NCBI GenBank assembly: GCA_963749905.1
Contig: CAVVOF010000007.1
Location: 9,941-73,940 of the forward strand
Origin: an uncultured Actinomycetota bacterium
GTDB lineage: Bacteria > Actinomycetota > Actinomycetes > S36-B12
Direction of reading: 5' to 3'
DNA: 64,000 nucleotides
The translations under genes were made by a program, and so were the position numbers. A model generated the notes under the pieces. The model was not told the origin of the DNA, did not search any database, and was given only the letters and a program-made list of their open reading frames with translations. Each line of letters opens with the position of its first letter. Position 1 is the stretch's first letter. This document shows positions 1 through 9,276 of the stretch, in pieces.

Positions 1-58
1 CACCGATGCTGATCGTGCCGGACACGGCGGCGCGAGACTCGCCGATCCGCTCGCTCAT
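1..58 (-). CDS. MerR-family regulator (FtsR-like), first 19 codons only; the gene runs off the left edge
   Basis: ATG (rc of 56-58) overlaps the TGA of the FHA gene (ATGA). Reads MSERIGESRAAVSGTISIG. Its position after gcvH and the garA-like gene matches the conserved actinobacterial order. Confidence 0.3.
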   Translation of the reverse strand, partial: MSERIGESRAAVSGTISIG

Positions 59-564
59 GAGCCCGCGTCGAGTCCGAGCAGGAAGACGAAGCGGAACTTC
101 CCGACCTGGACCTCGTCGCCACCGTCGAGGTGCTGGTCCTCCACGCGGACCCGGTTCACGTAGGTGCCGTTGAGGCTGCCGACGTCGCGGATGCTCCATC
201 CCTCGGCCCCGTGGCGCAGCTCGGCATGGTTCCGACTGACAGTCACGTCATCGAGGAAGATCTCGGCGTCCGGCGCCCGGCCGATGCGCATGACCTCGGC
301 GGTCTGGTCGAGGACGTACTCCTGGCCCTCGCCGGGTCCGCGGTGCACGACCAGCAGGGCGCTGCCGGACGGGATCTCGAACTGGCGGCCCGACCCGACC
401 GCGCTCATCGGCCCCGATGCCGTGCCCGGTGCCGCCGGGATGATCGACGTGATCGACCCGGTGTGCTCGAGCTGCTCGAACGCCTCGGCCGACAGCGGCG
501 ATCCGCACGAGCCGCAGAAGCGGTCGTCGGGATGGCTCGGGTGTCCGCAGCGAGGGCAGTCCAT
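55..564 (-). CDS. FHA-domain protein, GarA/OdhI-like C-terminus with an N-terminal zinc-ribbon (CPRCG...CGSCG)
   Basis: 169 aa. FHA signature GR..DAEIFLDDVTVSRNHAEL...DVGSLNGTYVN...GDEVQVGKFRFVF. Sits next to gcvH, as garA does in mycobacteria. Confidence 0.85.
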   Translation of the reverse strand: MDCPRCGHPSHPDDRFCGSCGSPLSAEAFEQLEHTGSITSIIPAAPGTASGPMSAVGSGRQFEIPSGSALLVVHRGPGEGQEYVLDQTAEVMRIGRAPDAEIFLDDVTVSRNHAELRHGAEGWSIRDVGSLNGTYVNRVRVEDQHLDGGDEVQVGKFRFVFLLGLDAGS

Positions 565-572
565 TGCTTCCG

Positions 573-956
573 TCAGCTCTTCTCCACCAGCGCGCGGTAG
601 TCGGCCGCGCTCAGCAGCCCGTCCAGCGCCGCAGGGTCCGTGGGGCGCAGTTCGACCATCCAGCCCTTCCCGTAGGCATCGGCGTTGATGACCTCGGGAT
701 TCGCATCGAGGTCGGCGTTCGTCGTCACGACCTCTCCGGCGACGGGTGCGTAGATGTCACTGACGCTCTTGGTCGACTCCACCTCGCCGCAGGCGGCGCC
801 GGCGTCGAGGGAGTCGCCCGCTGACGGGAGGGACACGTACACGATGTCGCCGAGGGCGTCCTGGGCGAAGTCGGTGATGCCGAACACCAGGGTGCCGTCA
901 TCGGTGGCCCGCACCCACTCGTGCTCGGCGGTGTACCGAAGTTCCTCCGGGTACAT
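573..956 (-). CDS. gcvH: Glycine cleavage system H protein
   Basis: 127 aa. MYPEELRYTAEHEWV... and the lipoyl-lysine motif VESTKSVSDIYAPV. Confidence 0.93.
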   Translation of the reverse strand: MYPEELRYTAEHEWVRATDDGTLVFGITDFAQDALGDIVYVSLPSAGDSLDAGAACGEVESTKSVSDIYAPVAGEVVTTNADLDANPEVINADAYGKGWMVELRPTDPAALDGLLSAADYRALVEKS

Positions 957-964
957 GGATCCTC

Positions 965-1693
965 CTACGTCGCTGACTCGGGCACTGTAACGGAGATGGT
1001 CAGGTCCTGAGCATCGGACGCGGCGAATTGGGCGCCCCGCGTCCGGACCGAGTCGGCCACCCCGCCAGGGATGCTCAACGCCGCGAGCATGGTGTCCGGA
1101 TCGCCGATCGCGAAGATCCGATAGGGCGGCGTCACGCGGGTGCCGGACACGGAGATGCCCGGCTCGTCGTTCACGAACCAGGTGTCGACGACCACCCGGG
1201 ATGGACCGACCTGGATGGCCTCAGCGCCGGCATCGCGCAGCTCCTGGACGGCATCGAGGATGGTGGGCGCCTCGACCACTCCGTCCGGGTCATTGATGGT
1301 GATCACGACCCCGGGACCGCTGACCGGTGTGGTCCCGCTCAGCACCTGCAGGGCGGCGAGCTGGCGCTGGGCCTCAGCGATCGCCTCCGCCTGGGAGCCT
1401 GCCTCCAGGTCCCGCTCGAGTGCCGACAGCCGCACGGACTCTGCCTCGAGCCGATCCTGGCGGGCCCCGAGGTCGTCGAGGATCTGCACGAGATCCTCCG
1501 TGCGGGCCGTTCGCCAGGGCTCGTCCTCACCGGGCCGGAGCACGGCGATGGTCACCAGCAGGCCCAGGACGAGGAACAGCATGCCGATGAGCAGATGCGG
1601 CCGGCTGGGGCGGAAGGCCAACTGCCCGAGAAGGGCGCGGGGGGACTCCTTCGCCACGGGCGGCTCGTCGCTGATGACCGGGTCGTCGCTCAT
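965..1693 (-). CDS. DUF881-family membrane protein
   Basis: 242 aa with one N-terminal TM helix and a coiled-coil. Member of the conserved DUF881-sbp-DUF881 trio. Confidence 0.75.
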   Translation of the reverse strand: MSDDPVISDEPPVAKESPRALLGQLAFRPSRPHLLIGMLFLVLGLLVTIAVLRPGEDEPWRTARTEDLVQILDDLGARQDRLEAESVRLSALERDLEAGSQAEAIAEAQRQLAALQVLSGTTPVSGPGVVITINDPDGVVEAPTILDAVQELRDAGAEAIQVGPSRVVVDTWFVNDEPGISVSGTRVTPPYRIFAIGDPDTMLAALSIPGGVADSVRTRGAQFAASDAQDLTISVTVPESAT

Positions 1694-1696
1694 GGC

Positions 1697-2029
1697 TCAG
1701 GCCTTGAACAGGATGCGTCGAATGGCGGCCGCGTTGGCGAAGATCCGCATCGCGAGCACGACGACGACACCGGTGGACATCTGCGCGCCGACCCCCATCT
1801 GGTCCCCGAGGAAGACCAGGAAGGCGGCGATGACGACGTTGGACAGGAAGCTCACCACGAAGATGCGATCGTCGAATCGCTTCTCCAGCAGTGACCGGAA
1901 GCCCCCGAAGACCGCGTCCAACGCGGCGACGATGGCGATCGGGAGATACGGCTCGAGCCAGAGCGGGACCACCGGGGACCACAGCACGCCCAGGGCGATA
2001 CCGACCAGCAGGCCGATGATGGCGATCAC
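1697..2029 (-). CDS. Small basic membrane protein (DUF1290, sbp-like)
   Basis: 110 aa, hydrophobic. Lies between two DUF881 genes. 4-nt overlap with the upstream gene. Confidence 0.75.
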   Translation of the reverse strand: MIAIIGLLVGIALGVLWSPVVPLWLEPYLPIAIVAALDAVFGGFRSLLEKRFDDRIFVVSFLSNVVIAAFLVFLGDQMGVGAQMSTGVVVVLAMRIFANAAAIRRILFKA

Positions 2030-2820
2030 GACTGTCCCTCCACGACCCGGGCGAACCGCGGGGAGCGGACCTCACCTGCCGGCAACGTTACGTCACCCGT
2101 CTGCACCTCGGACACCAGGCCGTAGTCCGTGGCGAGGCCGTCGAGGAGGCGCTGGACGCTGGACACCTCATCACCCGTGGTGGTCGTCCCGAGTGCGCTG
2201 ATCACGTACGGCCGGGCCAGCGGCCGGTAGTTCACGAGGATCGCCTCGCCTGCCCCGCGGATGGCCGTCGCCGCTGTCAGCCGCTGCTCGTTGACGGAGA
2301 TGCCGGTCGCGCCCATCTGCCAGAGTGCGTTGACGATGTCCTGGAGATCCCGGTCGAGTACCCGGTTCAGCGAGCCGGCCTGCGCATCGGGCGCGTCGTC
2401 GACCGTCACCGTCAGGCCCGGCCCGTTCAGAGCGGTGGCCGCGGCCGCCACCGACAGCGAAGCGATCTGCTCACCGCGACGCGGATCGCTGGACTCCTCG
2501 AGCAGCCGCGACTGGAGGGCCGAGACGCTCTCCGACTGAACCGCGACGTCGGCCTCCCGCTCGTCCACGATGGCGCCGAGCTGCTCGACCCGCTCCACGA
2601 GTTCTGTGCGGGTCTGCTGCCGGCTCTGCTCGGAGACCTGGGTGGTGATGATGGCTGCGGACACGAGCAGGCCGATGACGAGCGCGGCGGGGAGGCTGAA
2701 CCAGTTCCGCAGTCCGCCGAAGGATCGCTCGGACGAGGGCTCGATGTCGCGGTAGTCGTCGATGACCGTGTCCGAGACGAACCGCTCGAGCGGCCCCCGC
2801 GGGCGGGTGTCGAGCGTCAT
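2026..2820 (-). CDS. DUF881-family membrane protein
   Basis: Trimmed from the 443-aa ORF to the internal ATG at 2820 (MTLDTRPRGPLERF...). That ATG forms an ATGA overlap with the stop of the upstream gene. The discarded N-terminal extension is Arg/Gly junk. Confidence 0.75.
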   Translation of the reverse strand: MTLDTRPRGPLERFVSDTVIDDYRDIEPSSERSFGGLRNWFSLPAALVIGLLVSAAIITTQVSEQSRQQTRTELVERVEQLGAIVDEREADVAVQSESVSALQSRLLEESSDPRRGEQIASLSVAAAATALNGPGLTVTVDDAPDAQAGSLNRVLDRDLQDIVNALWQMGATGISVNEQRLTAATAIRGAGEAILVNYRPLARPYVISALGTTTTGDEVSSVQRLLDGLATDYGLVSEVQTGDVTLPAGEVRSPRFARVVEGQS

Positions 2821-5309
2821 TCCACCGACTCCACGACGTCCTGCCAGTGATCCAGCAGCGCGGTGGCGTCGGCCGCGTCCTCGGCCTCTGCGAACAGGGT
2901 CACGCTCGGCTGGTCCTCGTCCGGCAGCACGAGGCACCACGCCCCGTCGGGCCGCGAGATCCGGATGCCGTCGAGGGTGTCGACCTCGAGGCCCTCCGCG
3001 GCGACGCGGACCGCCCGCATCGCGCCGGCGCGACGGCGCCAGGGCAGGGTCACCGACCGCGACAGCACGTGGGTGGTGGGAATGCGCGAATTGAGCTGGC
3101 TCAAGGTGAGCTCCGTGTCCCCCATCAGGGACAGCAGCATCATCAGCGCCGAGATGGCATCCGGGCCCGGGCCCACGGCGGGCAGCACGAACCGCCCTCG
3201 CGCATCCCCCGCCAGCAGCACGTCCGGCTCCGCCGAGGCGGCGGCGAGCGCCGCAGGGCTGGCCCCGATCCGCCGGACCCCGACGGCGTGGTACGCGGCG
3301 ACCTGCTCCGCGAGCCGACTGGCGGTCACCGGGATGGCGAACCAGCCGCTGTGCCATCGCGCGGCCATCAGGTCCAGCAGGATCAGCAGCATCCGCCCGT
3401 CGTCGATCACGCGGCCGAGTTCGTCGACGATGCTCAGCCGCTCCCCCGCCGGCCCCAGTCGCGCCCCGATGCGCGCTCCCGACGAGACCACGAGGGCGCT
3501 CAGGCGACGAAGAGCCGCCTCTCGATGCGGCGGCGGGTCCGCGGCCGTCTGGTCGTCCATGGCCGCCCCGACGGTCAGCGCGTCGAGGCCCAGTCGCCCC
3601 ATCATCATGGACAGCACGCCGACGGACGGACCACCGCCCGCGTCGAGGACGAGGCGCGGATGCGCTCGTCGGATGGCGTCCATGTCGATGACCGCCTCGA
3701 CGTCGTTGACGTAGTCGTCGAGGACGCGATGCGGCGTGCGGATGTCGCCGATGTCCGACGGCAGAGGTCGGCGGAACTCGCGACGCGTGAAGATCCGCTC
3801 CACTGCGTCGCGCTGCTGACTGCCGATCTCGCCGCCACGGTCGTTCAGGAACAGCATGCTGATGCTGTCGGGACGTCCGACGGTCGTCTTGAGGATGACC
3901 CCGCCGTCGGAGTACCGGGCCGTGTCATTGCGTACCAACGCGGTGGGCACGGCACGCAGGTCCCTCAGGTTGATGCCCGCAGCCGTGAGCGAACCGGCGA
4001 GCGCGCGGTTCAGGGCGCGCGCTGCCTTCGAGTGGTCGCGGCCGACGGTGACCGTGGCGCCCTTCGGCAGGGTGGTCGCGAAGGCGGCCGCCAGCCGTAC
4101 CACCCGCTCCGGCGTCATGTCGACGTTGACGATGCCCTGCACCCCGTGCGCGCCGAAGACCTGACGCTGCGCGGGCGACTCCCAGACCACGGACTCGTCG
4201 ACCACCGCGCCCTCGTCGATGGTCTTCCCGGGATAGATCAGCACGTCGGTGCCGATGACGGCGCCGTCCATGATCGTGCATCCGTCCGCCACGACCGTGC
4301 CGTCGAGCACGCGGGCGCCGTGCCGGACCTCGGTGGCGCGGCCGATGACCGCGCCGCGCAGTTCGGCGTCGCGGCCGACGAAGGCGTTGGGATGCAGGAC
4401 CGTGTGCTCGATGACCGCCCTCGACCGGACCAGGGAGTTGGTGCCCACCACGGTGTAGGGACCGATCACGGCGTGCGCCTCGATCTTGGCGAACGGACCG
4501 ATGTACACCGGGGGCCGGACCTCCGCCTCGGGCGAGACCTCGGCGCCGGTGGCGACGAACACACCCGGGGAGACCTCGAAGCCGTCGATCCGGCTGTGCA
4601 CGCGCCCGTCGAGCACGTCGCGCTGGGCGCGCGCGTAGCTCGCGAAGGTGCCGACGTCCTCCCAGTAGCCGTCCACCACGACGCCCTGGACCCGGCTGCC
4701 GCGCCGCAGCAGCGAGGGGATCACGTCCTTCGCCCAGTCGGCGGGCTCATCCGGCGGGATCAGCGCCAGCACGCGGGGGCTGACGATGTAGACGCCGGTG
4801 TTCACGGTGTCGTCGGCGACCTCGCCCCACGACGGCTTCTCCACCACCGACAGCACCCGGCCGGTAGCGTCGATCGACACCACCCCGTAGTTGCGCGGGT
4901 CGGCGCGATGCGCCAGCGCGATCGTCAGGTCGGCCTGCGCGTCGCGATGCCGGCGGGCCAGCTCCTTCAGGTTCATGTCCGTGAGGCAGTCGCCCGAGAT
5001 GACCAGGACGTCCTCGTCCTCGAGCCACGGCTCGGCGTACCGGACACTGCCCGCGGTGCCGAGCGGGCGCGGCTCCGTGATGAAGCGGAGGTTGACCTCA
5101 TCGCCACTGTCGGCGCTGAAGTACTTGAGGACCACGCTGGCCTGGTGCTGCAGGGTGACGACGCAGCGGTCCACGTCGTGCTCCCGGAGCAGGCGCACCA
5201 CCCGCTCGAGCATCGGCTCGCCGACGATGGGCAGCAGGGCCTTGGGAACCGCCGTCGTCAGGGGTCGCAGGCGCGTTCCCGCACCGCCTGCCATCACCAC
5301 TGCCTGCAT
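2817..5309 (-). CDS. 830-aa sugar-phosphate nucleotidyltransferase (mannose-1-phosphate guanylyltransferase-like) fused to hexapeptide repeats and a phosphohexomutase-like C-terminal half
   Basis: N-terminus MQAVVMAGGAGTRLRPLTTAVPKALLPI (NTP-transferase G-loop), left-handed beta-helix repeats in the middle, PGM/PMM-like domains at the C-terminus. Confidence 0.8.
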   Translation of the reverse strand: MQAVVMAGGAGTRLRPLTTAVPKALLPIVGEPMLERVVRLLREHDVDRCVVTLQHQASVVLKYFSADSGDEVNLRFITEPRPLGTAGSVRYAEPWLEDEDVLVISGDCLTDMNLKELARRHRDAQADLTIALAHRADPRNYGVVSIDATGRVLSVVEKPSWGEVADDTVNTGVYIVSPRVLALIPPDEPADWAKDVIPSLLRRGSRVQGVVVDGYWEDVGTFASYARAQRDVLDGRVHSRIDGFEVSPGVFVATGAEVSPEAEVRPPVYIGPFAKIEAHAVIGPYTVVGTNSLVRSRAVIEHTVLHPNAFVGRDAELRGAVIGRATEVRHGARVLDGTVVADGCTIMDGAVIGTDVLIYPGKTIDEGAVVDESVVWESPAQRQVFGAHGVQGIVNVDMTPERVVRLAAAFATTLPKGATVTVGRDHSKAARALNRALAGSLTAAGINLRDLRAVPTALVRNDTARYSDGGVILKTTVGRPDSISMLFLNDRGGEIGSQQRDAVERIFTRREFRRPLPSDIGDIRTPHRVLDDYVNDVEAVIDMDAIRRAHPRLVLDAGGGPSVGVLSMMMGRLGLDALTVGAAMDDQTAADPPPHREAALRRLSALVVSSGARIGARLGPAGERLSIVDELGRVIDDGRMLLILLDLMAARWHSGWFAIPVTASRLAEQVAAYHAVGVRRIGASPAALAAASAEPDVLLAGDARGRFVLPAVGPGPDAISALMMLLSLMGDTELTLSQLNSRIPTTHVLSRSVTLPWRRRAGAMRAVRVAAEGLEVDTLDGIRISRPDGAWCLVLPDEDQPSVTLFAEAEDAADATALLDHWQDVVESVE

Positions 5310-5321
5310 GTTCGCCCCGTC

Positions 5322-5885
5322 TCAGGCCGGCGCGCCAACCGCGGCGGCCAGCCGTGCGTAGCGTATCCCCGCCCACCAGTACAGGTAGGTCCCCCAGAGC
5401 GCGAAGGCCCACCCGAACGCCGCGGCCGCGGTGCCGAACCCGGGTTCGCCGCCGAGCAGCAGGAGCGGGAAGCCCCACAGCAGGCAGAAGGTGGCTGCCT
5501 TGCCGACGTAGGTCACCGGCAGGGCGACCTTGCCGGCCCGTCGCAGCCGCGGCAGCAGGGTCAGCAGCAAGAGCTCGCGGGCGACCAGGACGCCGACCAG
5601 CCACCATGGGATGAGCTCACGCAGGGCCAGGCCGAGCAGGGTCGCGGCGATGTAGAGCCGATCGGCCAGTGGGTCCAGCAGTACCCCCAGCCGGCTCTGC
5701 TGGTTCAGTCGGCGGGCCAGGTAGCCGTCCAGCCAGTCGGACGCACCCGCGACCGCCAGCAGGACGAAGGCGGCGATGTCGGCCTGCGGCCCTAGGACCA
5801 GCCAGAGGAACACCGGCACGCCTGCCAGTCGCAGCATGCTCAGGATGTTGGGGATGGTGAACACCCGATCCGAGGGCTGCGTCAT
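5322..5885 (-). CDS. CDP-alcohol phosphatidyltransferase
   Basis: Trimmed to the ATG at 5885 (MTQPSDRVFTIPNILSMLRL...). Motif DWLDGYLARR...G..LDPLADR. ATGA overlap with the upstream ABC gene. Confidence 0.8.
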   Translation of the reverse strand: MTQPSDRVFTIPNILSMLRLAGVPVFLWLVLGPQADIAAFVLLAVAGASDWLDGYLARRLNQQSRLGVLLDPLADRLYIAATLLGLALRELIPWWLVGVLVARELLLLTLLPRLRRAGKVALPVTYVGKAATFCLLWGFPLLLLGGEPGFGTAAAAFGWAFALWGTYLYWWAGIRYARLAAAVGAPA

Positions 5886-6667
5886 CCCGACCTCCGGGCG
5901 AACCAGCGTCCGTCGGCGCGCTCGATCCTCACCGGCATGTCGAAGGCCTCGCTGACGGCGGCATCGACCAAGACGTCGTCCGCGGGCCCCGACGCGACCA
6001 CGCGGCCGCGACGGAGCAGCAGGGCGTGGGTGAAGGTGGCCGGGACCTCCTCGACGTGGTGGGTCACCACGATGAGGGCGGGTGCCGCCGGGTCTGCCGC
6101 GAGCCGGCCGAGGCGGGTCACCAGGTCCTCCCGGCCGCCGAGGTCGAGGCCGGCGCCCGGCTCGTCCAGCAGCAGGAGTTCGGGATCGGCCATCAGCGCG
6201 CGCGCGACGAGGGTGCGCTTGCGCTCCCCCTCGGACAGGGTGCCGAACGTGCGTTCCGCGAGCGGCGCCATGCCCCACTCGGCGAGCAGGAACTCGGCCC
6301 GGTCGCTGTCCGCGATGTCGTAGTGCTCCCGCCAGCGGCCCGTCACCGCCCACGCCCCCGTCATCACCACATCGCGCACGCGTTCGCCTCCGGGGATGTC
6401 CGGAGCGACCGAGCTCGAGGCCCAGCCGACGCGCGGCCGCAGTTCGGCGAGGTCGACGGCGCCCAGCTCCTCGCCGAGCAGCTCGACGTGGCCGCCGGTC
6501 GGGAACAGCCGCGCTGCCGCGATCTGGAGCAGGGTCGTCTTTCCGGCGCCGTTGGGGCCCATCACGACCCACCGCTCGCCCTCGGCGACCGACAGGCTCA
6601 CGCGATCGAGCAGCAGTGACGTGCCCCGACGCACGACCGCATCGGAGATCTCCACCACCAGCGCCAC
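5882..6667 (-). CDS. ABC transporter ATP-binding protein
   Basis: 261 aa. Walker A GPNGAGKTTLL, signature LSEGERKR, Walker B LLLLDEP. Confidence 0.85.
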   Translation of the reverse strand: MALVVEISDAVVRRGTSLLLDRVSLSVAEGERWVVMGPNGAGKTTLLQIAAARLFPTGGHVELLGEELGAVDLAELRPRVGWASSSVAPDIPGGERVRDVVMTGAWAVTGRWREHYDIADSDRAEFLLAEWGMAPLAERTFGTLSEGERKRTLVARALMADPELLLLDEPGAGLDLGGREDLVTRLGRLAADPAAPALIVVTHHVEEVPATFTHALLLRRGRVVASGPADDVLVDAAVSEAFDMPVRIERADGRWFARRSG

Positions 6668-6719
6668 ACCGCCACCCTAGGCGGTCGCCCGCGCGGGACG
6701 GCACTACCGTGGGACCGCA

Positions 6720-7949
6720 ATGGACGCCACCACCCGCACCCTCCTGATCACCCTCTCCGGCACGGATCGCCCGGGCGTGACCCGACGACTGTTCGAGACC
6801 CTCAGCGGCCACGCCATCGAGGTCCTCGACGTCGAGCAGCTGGTGGTGCGCAGCCGTCTGGTGCTGGCCGTCCTCGTCGCCGTCAACGGCGACGAGGAGG
6901 CGATGGCGGCGGCGCGACGCGACGTCCGGCGGGTCGCCGCCGAGCTGGACATGGACGTCGAGACGGTCCCCGGTGCGGCCGAGGACGACGAGCGGCGGCG
7001 CAACCGCATCCACATCACCCTGATGGGCGCGCCGCTGCGACCCGCGGCGATCGCCGCCGCCGCGGCCGAGATCGCCGAGCGGGGTGGGAACATCGACCGG
7101 ATCCGGCGCATCGCGTCCTATCCGGTCACCGCCATCGAGCTGCAGGGGTCGGGCGTGGCCGTCGAGGACGTGCGGCGACCCCTCGCGGTCGTCGCCGCCG
7201 AGCACGCCGCCGACATCGCCGTGCAGGAGGCGACCCTGGACCGTCGGGGCCAGTACCTGGTCGTCATGGACGTCGACTCCACGTTCATCCAGGACGAGGT
7301 GATCGACCTGCTCGCCGACGAGGCGGGCGTCATGGACGAGGTGGCGGCCATCACCTCGCGGGCCATGGCCGGTGAACTCGACTTCGAGCAGTCCCTGCGG
7401 GCGCGAGTGGCGTTGCTCGAGGGCCTGCCGGTCACGGCACTGGATCGGGTGCGCGAGCGCATCACTCTCACCCCCGGGGCCAGAACCCTGTGCCGCACCC
7501 TGACCCGCCTCGGCTACCGGATCGCCCTGGTGTCCGGCGGGTTCACCCGCATCATCGCCCCGATCGCCGCTGACCTGGGCGTCACCGATGTCCGTGCCAA
7601 CACCCTCGAGGCCGAGGACGGGGTCCTGACCGGACGGGTGATCGGGCCGGTCATCGACCGGCTCGGCAAGCGAATGGCATTGGAGGAGTTCGCCCGCGAC
7701 TACGGGATCCCGACGCGACGGACGATCGCGATCGGCGACGGCGCCAATGACATCGACATGCTCGAGGCCGCCGGGCTCGGCATCGCGTTCAACGCCAGGG
7801 CCGCTGCTCGTGACGCCGCCGACACGTCCGTCAGCGTGCCGTACCTCGACTCGGTGCTGTACCTCATGGGCATCACCCGCGAGGAGATCGAGAGCGCGGA
7901 CGCCAAGGACGGCCTCGCGCCCGCCGACCGGACGCTGTTCGCCGACTAG
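6720..7949 (+). CDS. serB: Phosphoserine phosphatase with N-terminal ACT domains
   Basis: 409 aa. ACT-like LITLSGTDRPGVT, HAD motif VVMDVDSTFIQDEVI and C-terminal GDGANDIDML. Confidence 0.9.
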   Translation: MDATTRTLLITLSGTDRPGVTRRLFETLSGHAIEVLDVEQLVVRSRLVLAVLVAVNGDEEAMAAARRDVRRVAAELDMDVETVPGAAEDDERRRNRIHITLMGAPLRPAAIAAAAAEIAERGGNIDRIRRIASYPVTAIELQGSGVAVEDVRRPLAVVAAEHAADIAVQEATLDRRGQYLVVMDVDSTFIQDEVIDLLADEAGVMDEVAAITSRAMAGELDFEQSLRARVALLEGLPVTALDRVRERITLTPGARTLCRTLTRLGYRIALVSGGFTRIIAPIAADLGVTDVRANTLEAEDGVLTGRVIGPVIDRLGKRMALEEFARDYGIPTRRTIAIGDGANDIDMLEAAGLGIAFNARAAARDAADTSVSVPYLDSVLYLMGITREEIESADAKDGLAPADRTLFAD

Positions 7950-7952
7950 TGT

Positions 7953-8477
7953 TCAGCCGCGCGGGACGGCGAATTGCGTCACGCGGAAGGCGTGGTCCTC
8001 GCGCAGGGCCTCGACCAGTGGTGCACCCGTGGTCAGCACCGCGATGGCGCTGGTGGGGAACTTGGCCGTGGCCTCCCAGGTGGCCGGCTCGGCGAGCGCG
8101 AGAGTGTCGATGAGGGTGGCCAGGCCAGGGTTGTGCCCGATAAGCAGCACGGTCTCGGCCCGGGGGGCGGCTTGGTCCAGTACCTGGCGCAGAGCACGCA
8201 CACTCGCCTCGTAGATGCGGGGCTCGTCCTCGACGGTCGCCGCCCGCCACCGGTCGGACATTTCCGCCGACGCCAATGCCCACGTCAGCTGCGCGCGTCG
8301 CGCCGTGGAGACCAGGACCAGGGGCACGTCACCGTCAGACCACGACACGTGCGCGTCGAGCCACTCCCCCACTGCTGGCGCGTCTCGTCGGCCCCGCTCG
8401 TTCAGCGGGCGATCGTGATCGTCGACGCCCCAGGGGTAGTCGCTCTTGGCGTGCCGGATGACGATGACGCGGGCCAT
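7953..8477 (-). CDS. Histidine phosphatase family protein (SixA-like)
   Basis: 174 aa. RHAKS catalytic motif (VIVIRHAKSDYP) and a later GHNP motif. Confidence 0.8.
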   Translation of the reverse strand: MARVIVIRHAKSDYPWGVDDHDRPLNERGRRDAPAVGEWLDAHVSWSDGDVPLVLVSTARRAQLTWALASAEMSDRWRAATVEDEPRIYEASVRALRQVLDQAAPRAETVLLIGHNPGLATLIDTLALAEPATWEATAKFPTSAIAVLTTGAPLVEALREDHAFRVTQFAVPRG

Positions 8478-8483
8478 GACGGG

Positions 8484-9251
8484 TCATGCACCTTGCGAGT
8501 GCACGCCTCCGTCGACGTGGATGATCTCCCCCGTCGTCGCCGGGAACCAGTCGGAGAACAGCGCCACACACGCACGCGCTGCGGGAATCGGGTCGTCGAG
8601 ATCCCAGCCGATGGGTGCACGGGTGCTCCAGACCGCCTCGAACTCCTCGAACCCCGGGATGCTCTTGGCCGCCATGGTCCGGATCGGGCCGGCCGCCACC
8701 AGGTTCACCCGGATGCCAGCGGGGCCGAGGTCGCGGGCGAGGTAGCGGGCGGTGCTCTCGAAGGCGGCCTTGGCCACGCCCATCCAGTCGTACTTGGGCC
8801 AGGCGATGGTCGCATCGAAGTCGAGGCCGACCACCGAGCCGCCATTGCCCATCAGCGGCCGAGCCGCCATCGCCAACGACTTGAGCGAGAAGGCGGACAC
8901 CTGCACCGCGGTGGCGACGTCGGGCCACTGCGTGTTCAGGAAGTTGCCGCCGAGGGCCGCCTCGGGGGCGAAGCCGATCGAGTGCAGGACCCCGTCCAGT
9001 CCGTCGAGATGCTCCCCCACCCGGGCCGGCAGGGCCGCGAGGTCCTCGTCGTCCGTGACGTCGAGCTGCACGATCGGCGCCTCGGACGGCAGCCGAGCCG
9101 AGGTGCGACGGGTCAGGTTCATCGTGCGACCGAAGGAGGTCAGCACGACCTGCGCACCCTCCTCCTGGGCCAGCCGGGCCACCTGGAAGGCGATCGACTG
9201 GTCGGTCAGCACTCCGGTCACGAGGATGCGCTTGCCGTCCAGCAGGCCCAT
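8484..9251 (-). CDS. fabI: Enoyl-ACP reductase (NADH), FabI/InhA type
   Basis: 255 aa. MGLLDGKRILVTGVLTDQSIAF... Adjacent to fabG, as in mabA-inhA. Confidence 0.9.
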   Translation of the reverse strand: MGLLDGKRILVTGVLTDQSIAFQVARLAQEEGAQVVLTSFGRTMNLTRRTSARLPSEAPIVQLDVTDDEDLAALPARVGEHLDGLDGVLHSIGFAPEAALGGNFLNTQWPDVATAVQVSAFSLKSLAMAARPLMGNGGSVVGLDFDATIAWPKYDWMGVAKAAFESTARYLARDLGPAGIRVNLVAAGPIRTMAAKSIPGFEEFEAVWSTRAPIGWDLDDPIPAARACVALFSDWFPATTGEIIHVDGGVHSQGA

Positions 9252-9276
9252 GGTGTTCCTTCCGTTCGGTGGTCGA

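Noticed and set aside
2847-5795. Very long ORFs antisense to real genes: 2847-5795 (982 aa), 14781-17411 (876 aa), 39643-42372 (909 aa), 43321-46188 (955 aa), 21827-23044 and others.
   Set aside because: Their translations are Arg/Gly/Asp/His-rich low-complexity text. They lie exactly opposite strongly recognisable genes (NTP-transferase, ABC-F, uvrC, uvrA, sufB). Open antisense frames are expected at about 70% GC.
5322-7205. Long N-terminal extensions of ORFs 5322-7205 (627 aa), 2026-3357 (443 aa), 20152-21123 (323 aa), 54442-56073 and 9277-10092.
   Set aside because: The extensions run through upstream genes or spacers and read as Arg/Pro/Gly junk. Internal starts with ATGA/GTGA overlaps or an RBS give family-typical lengths.
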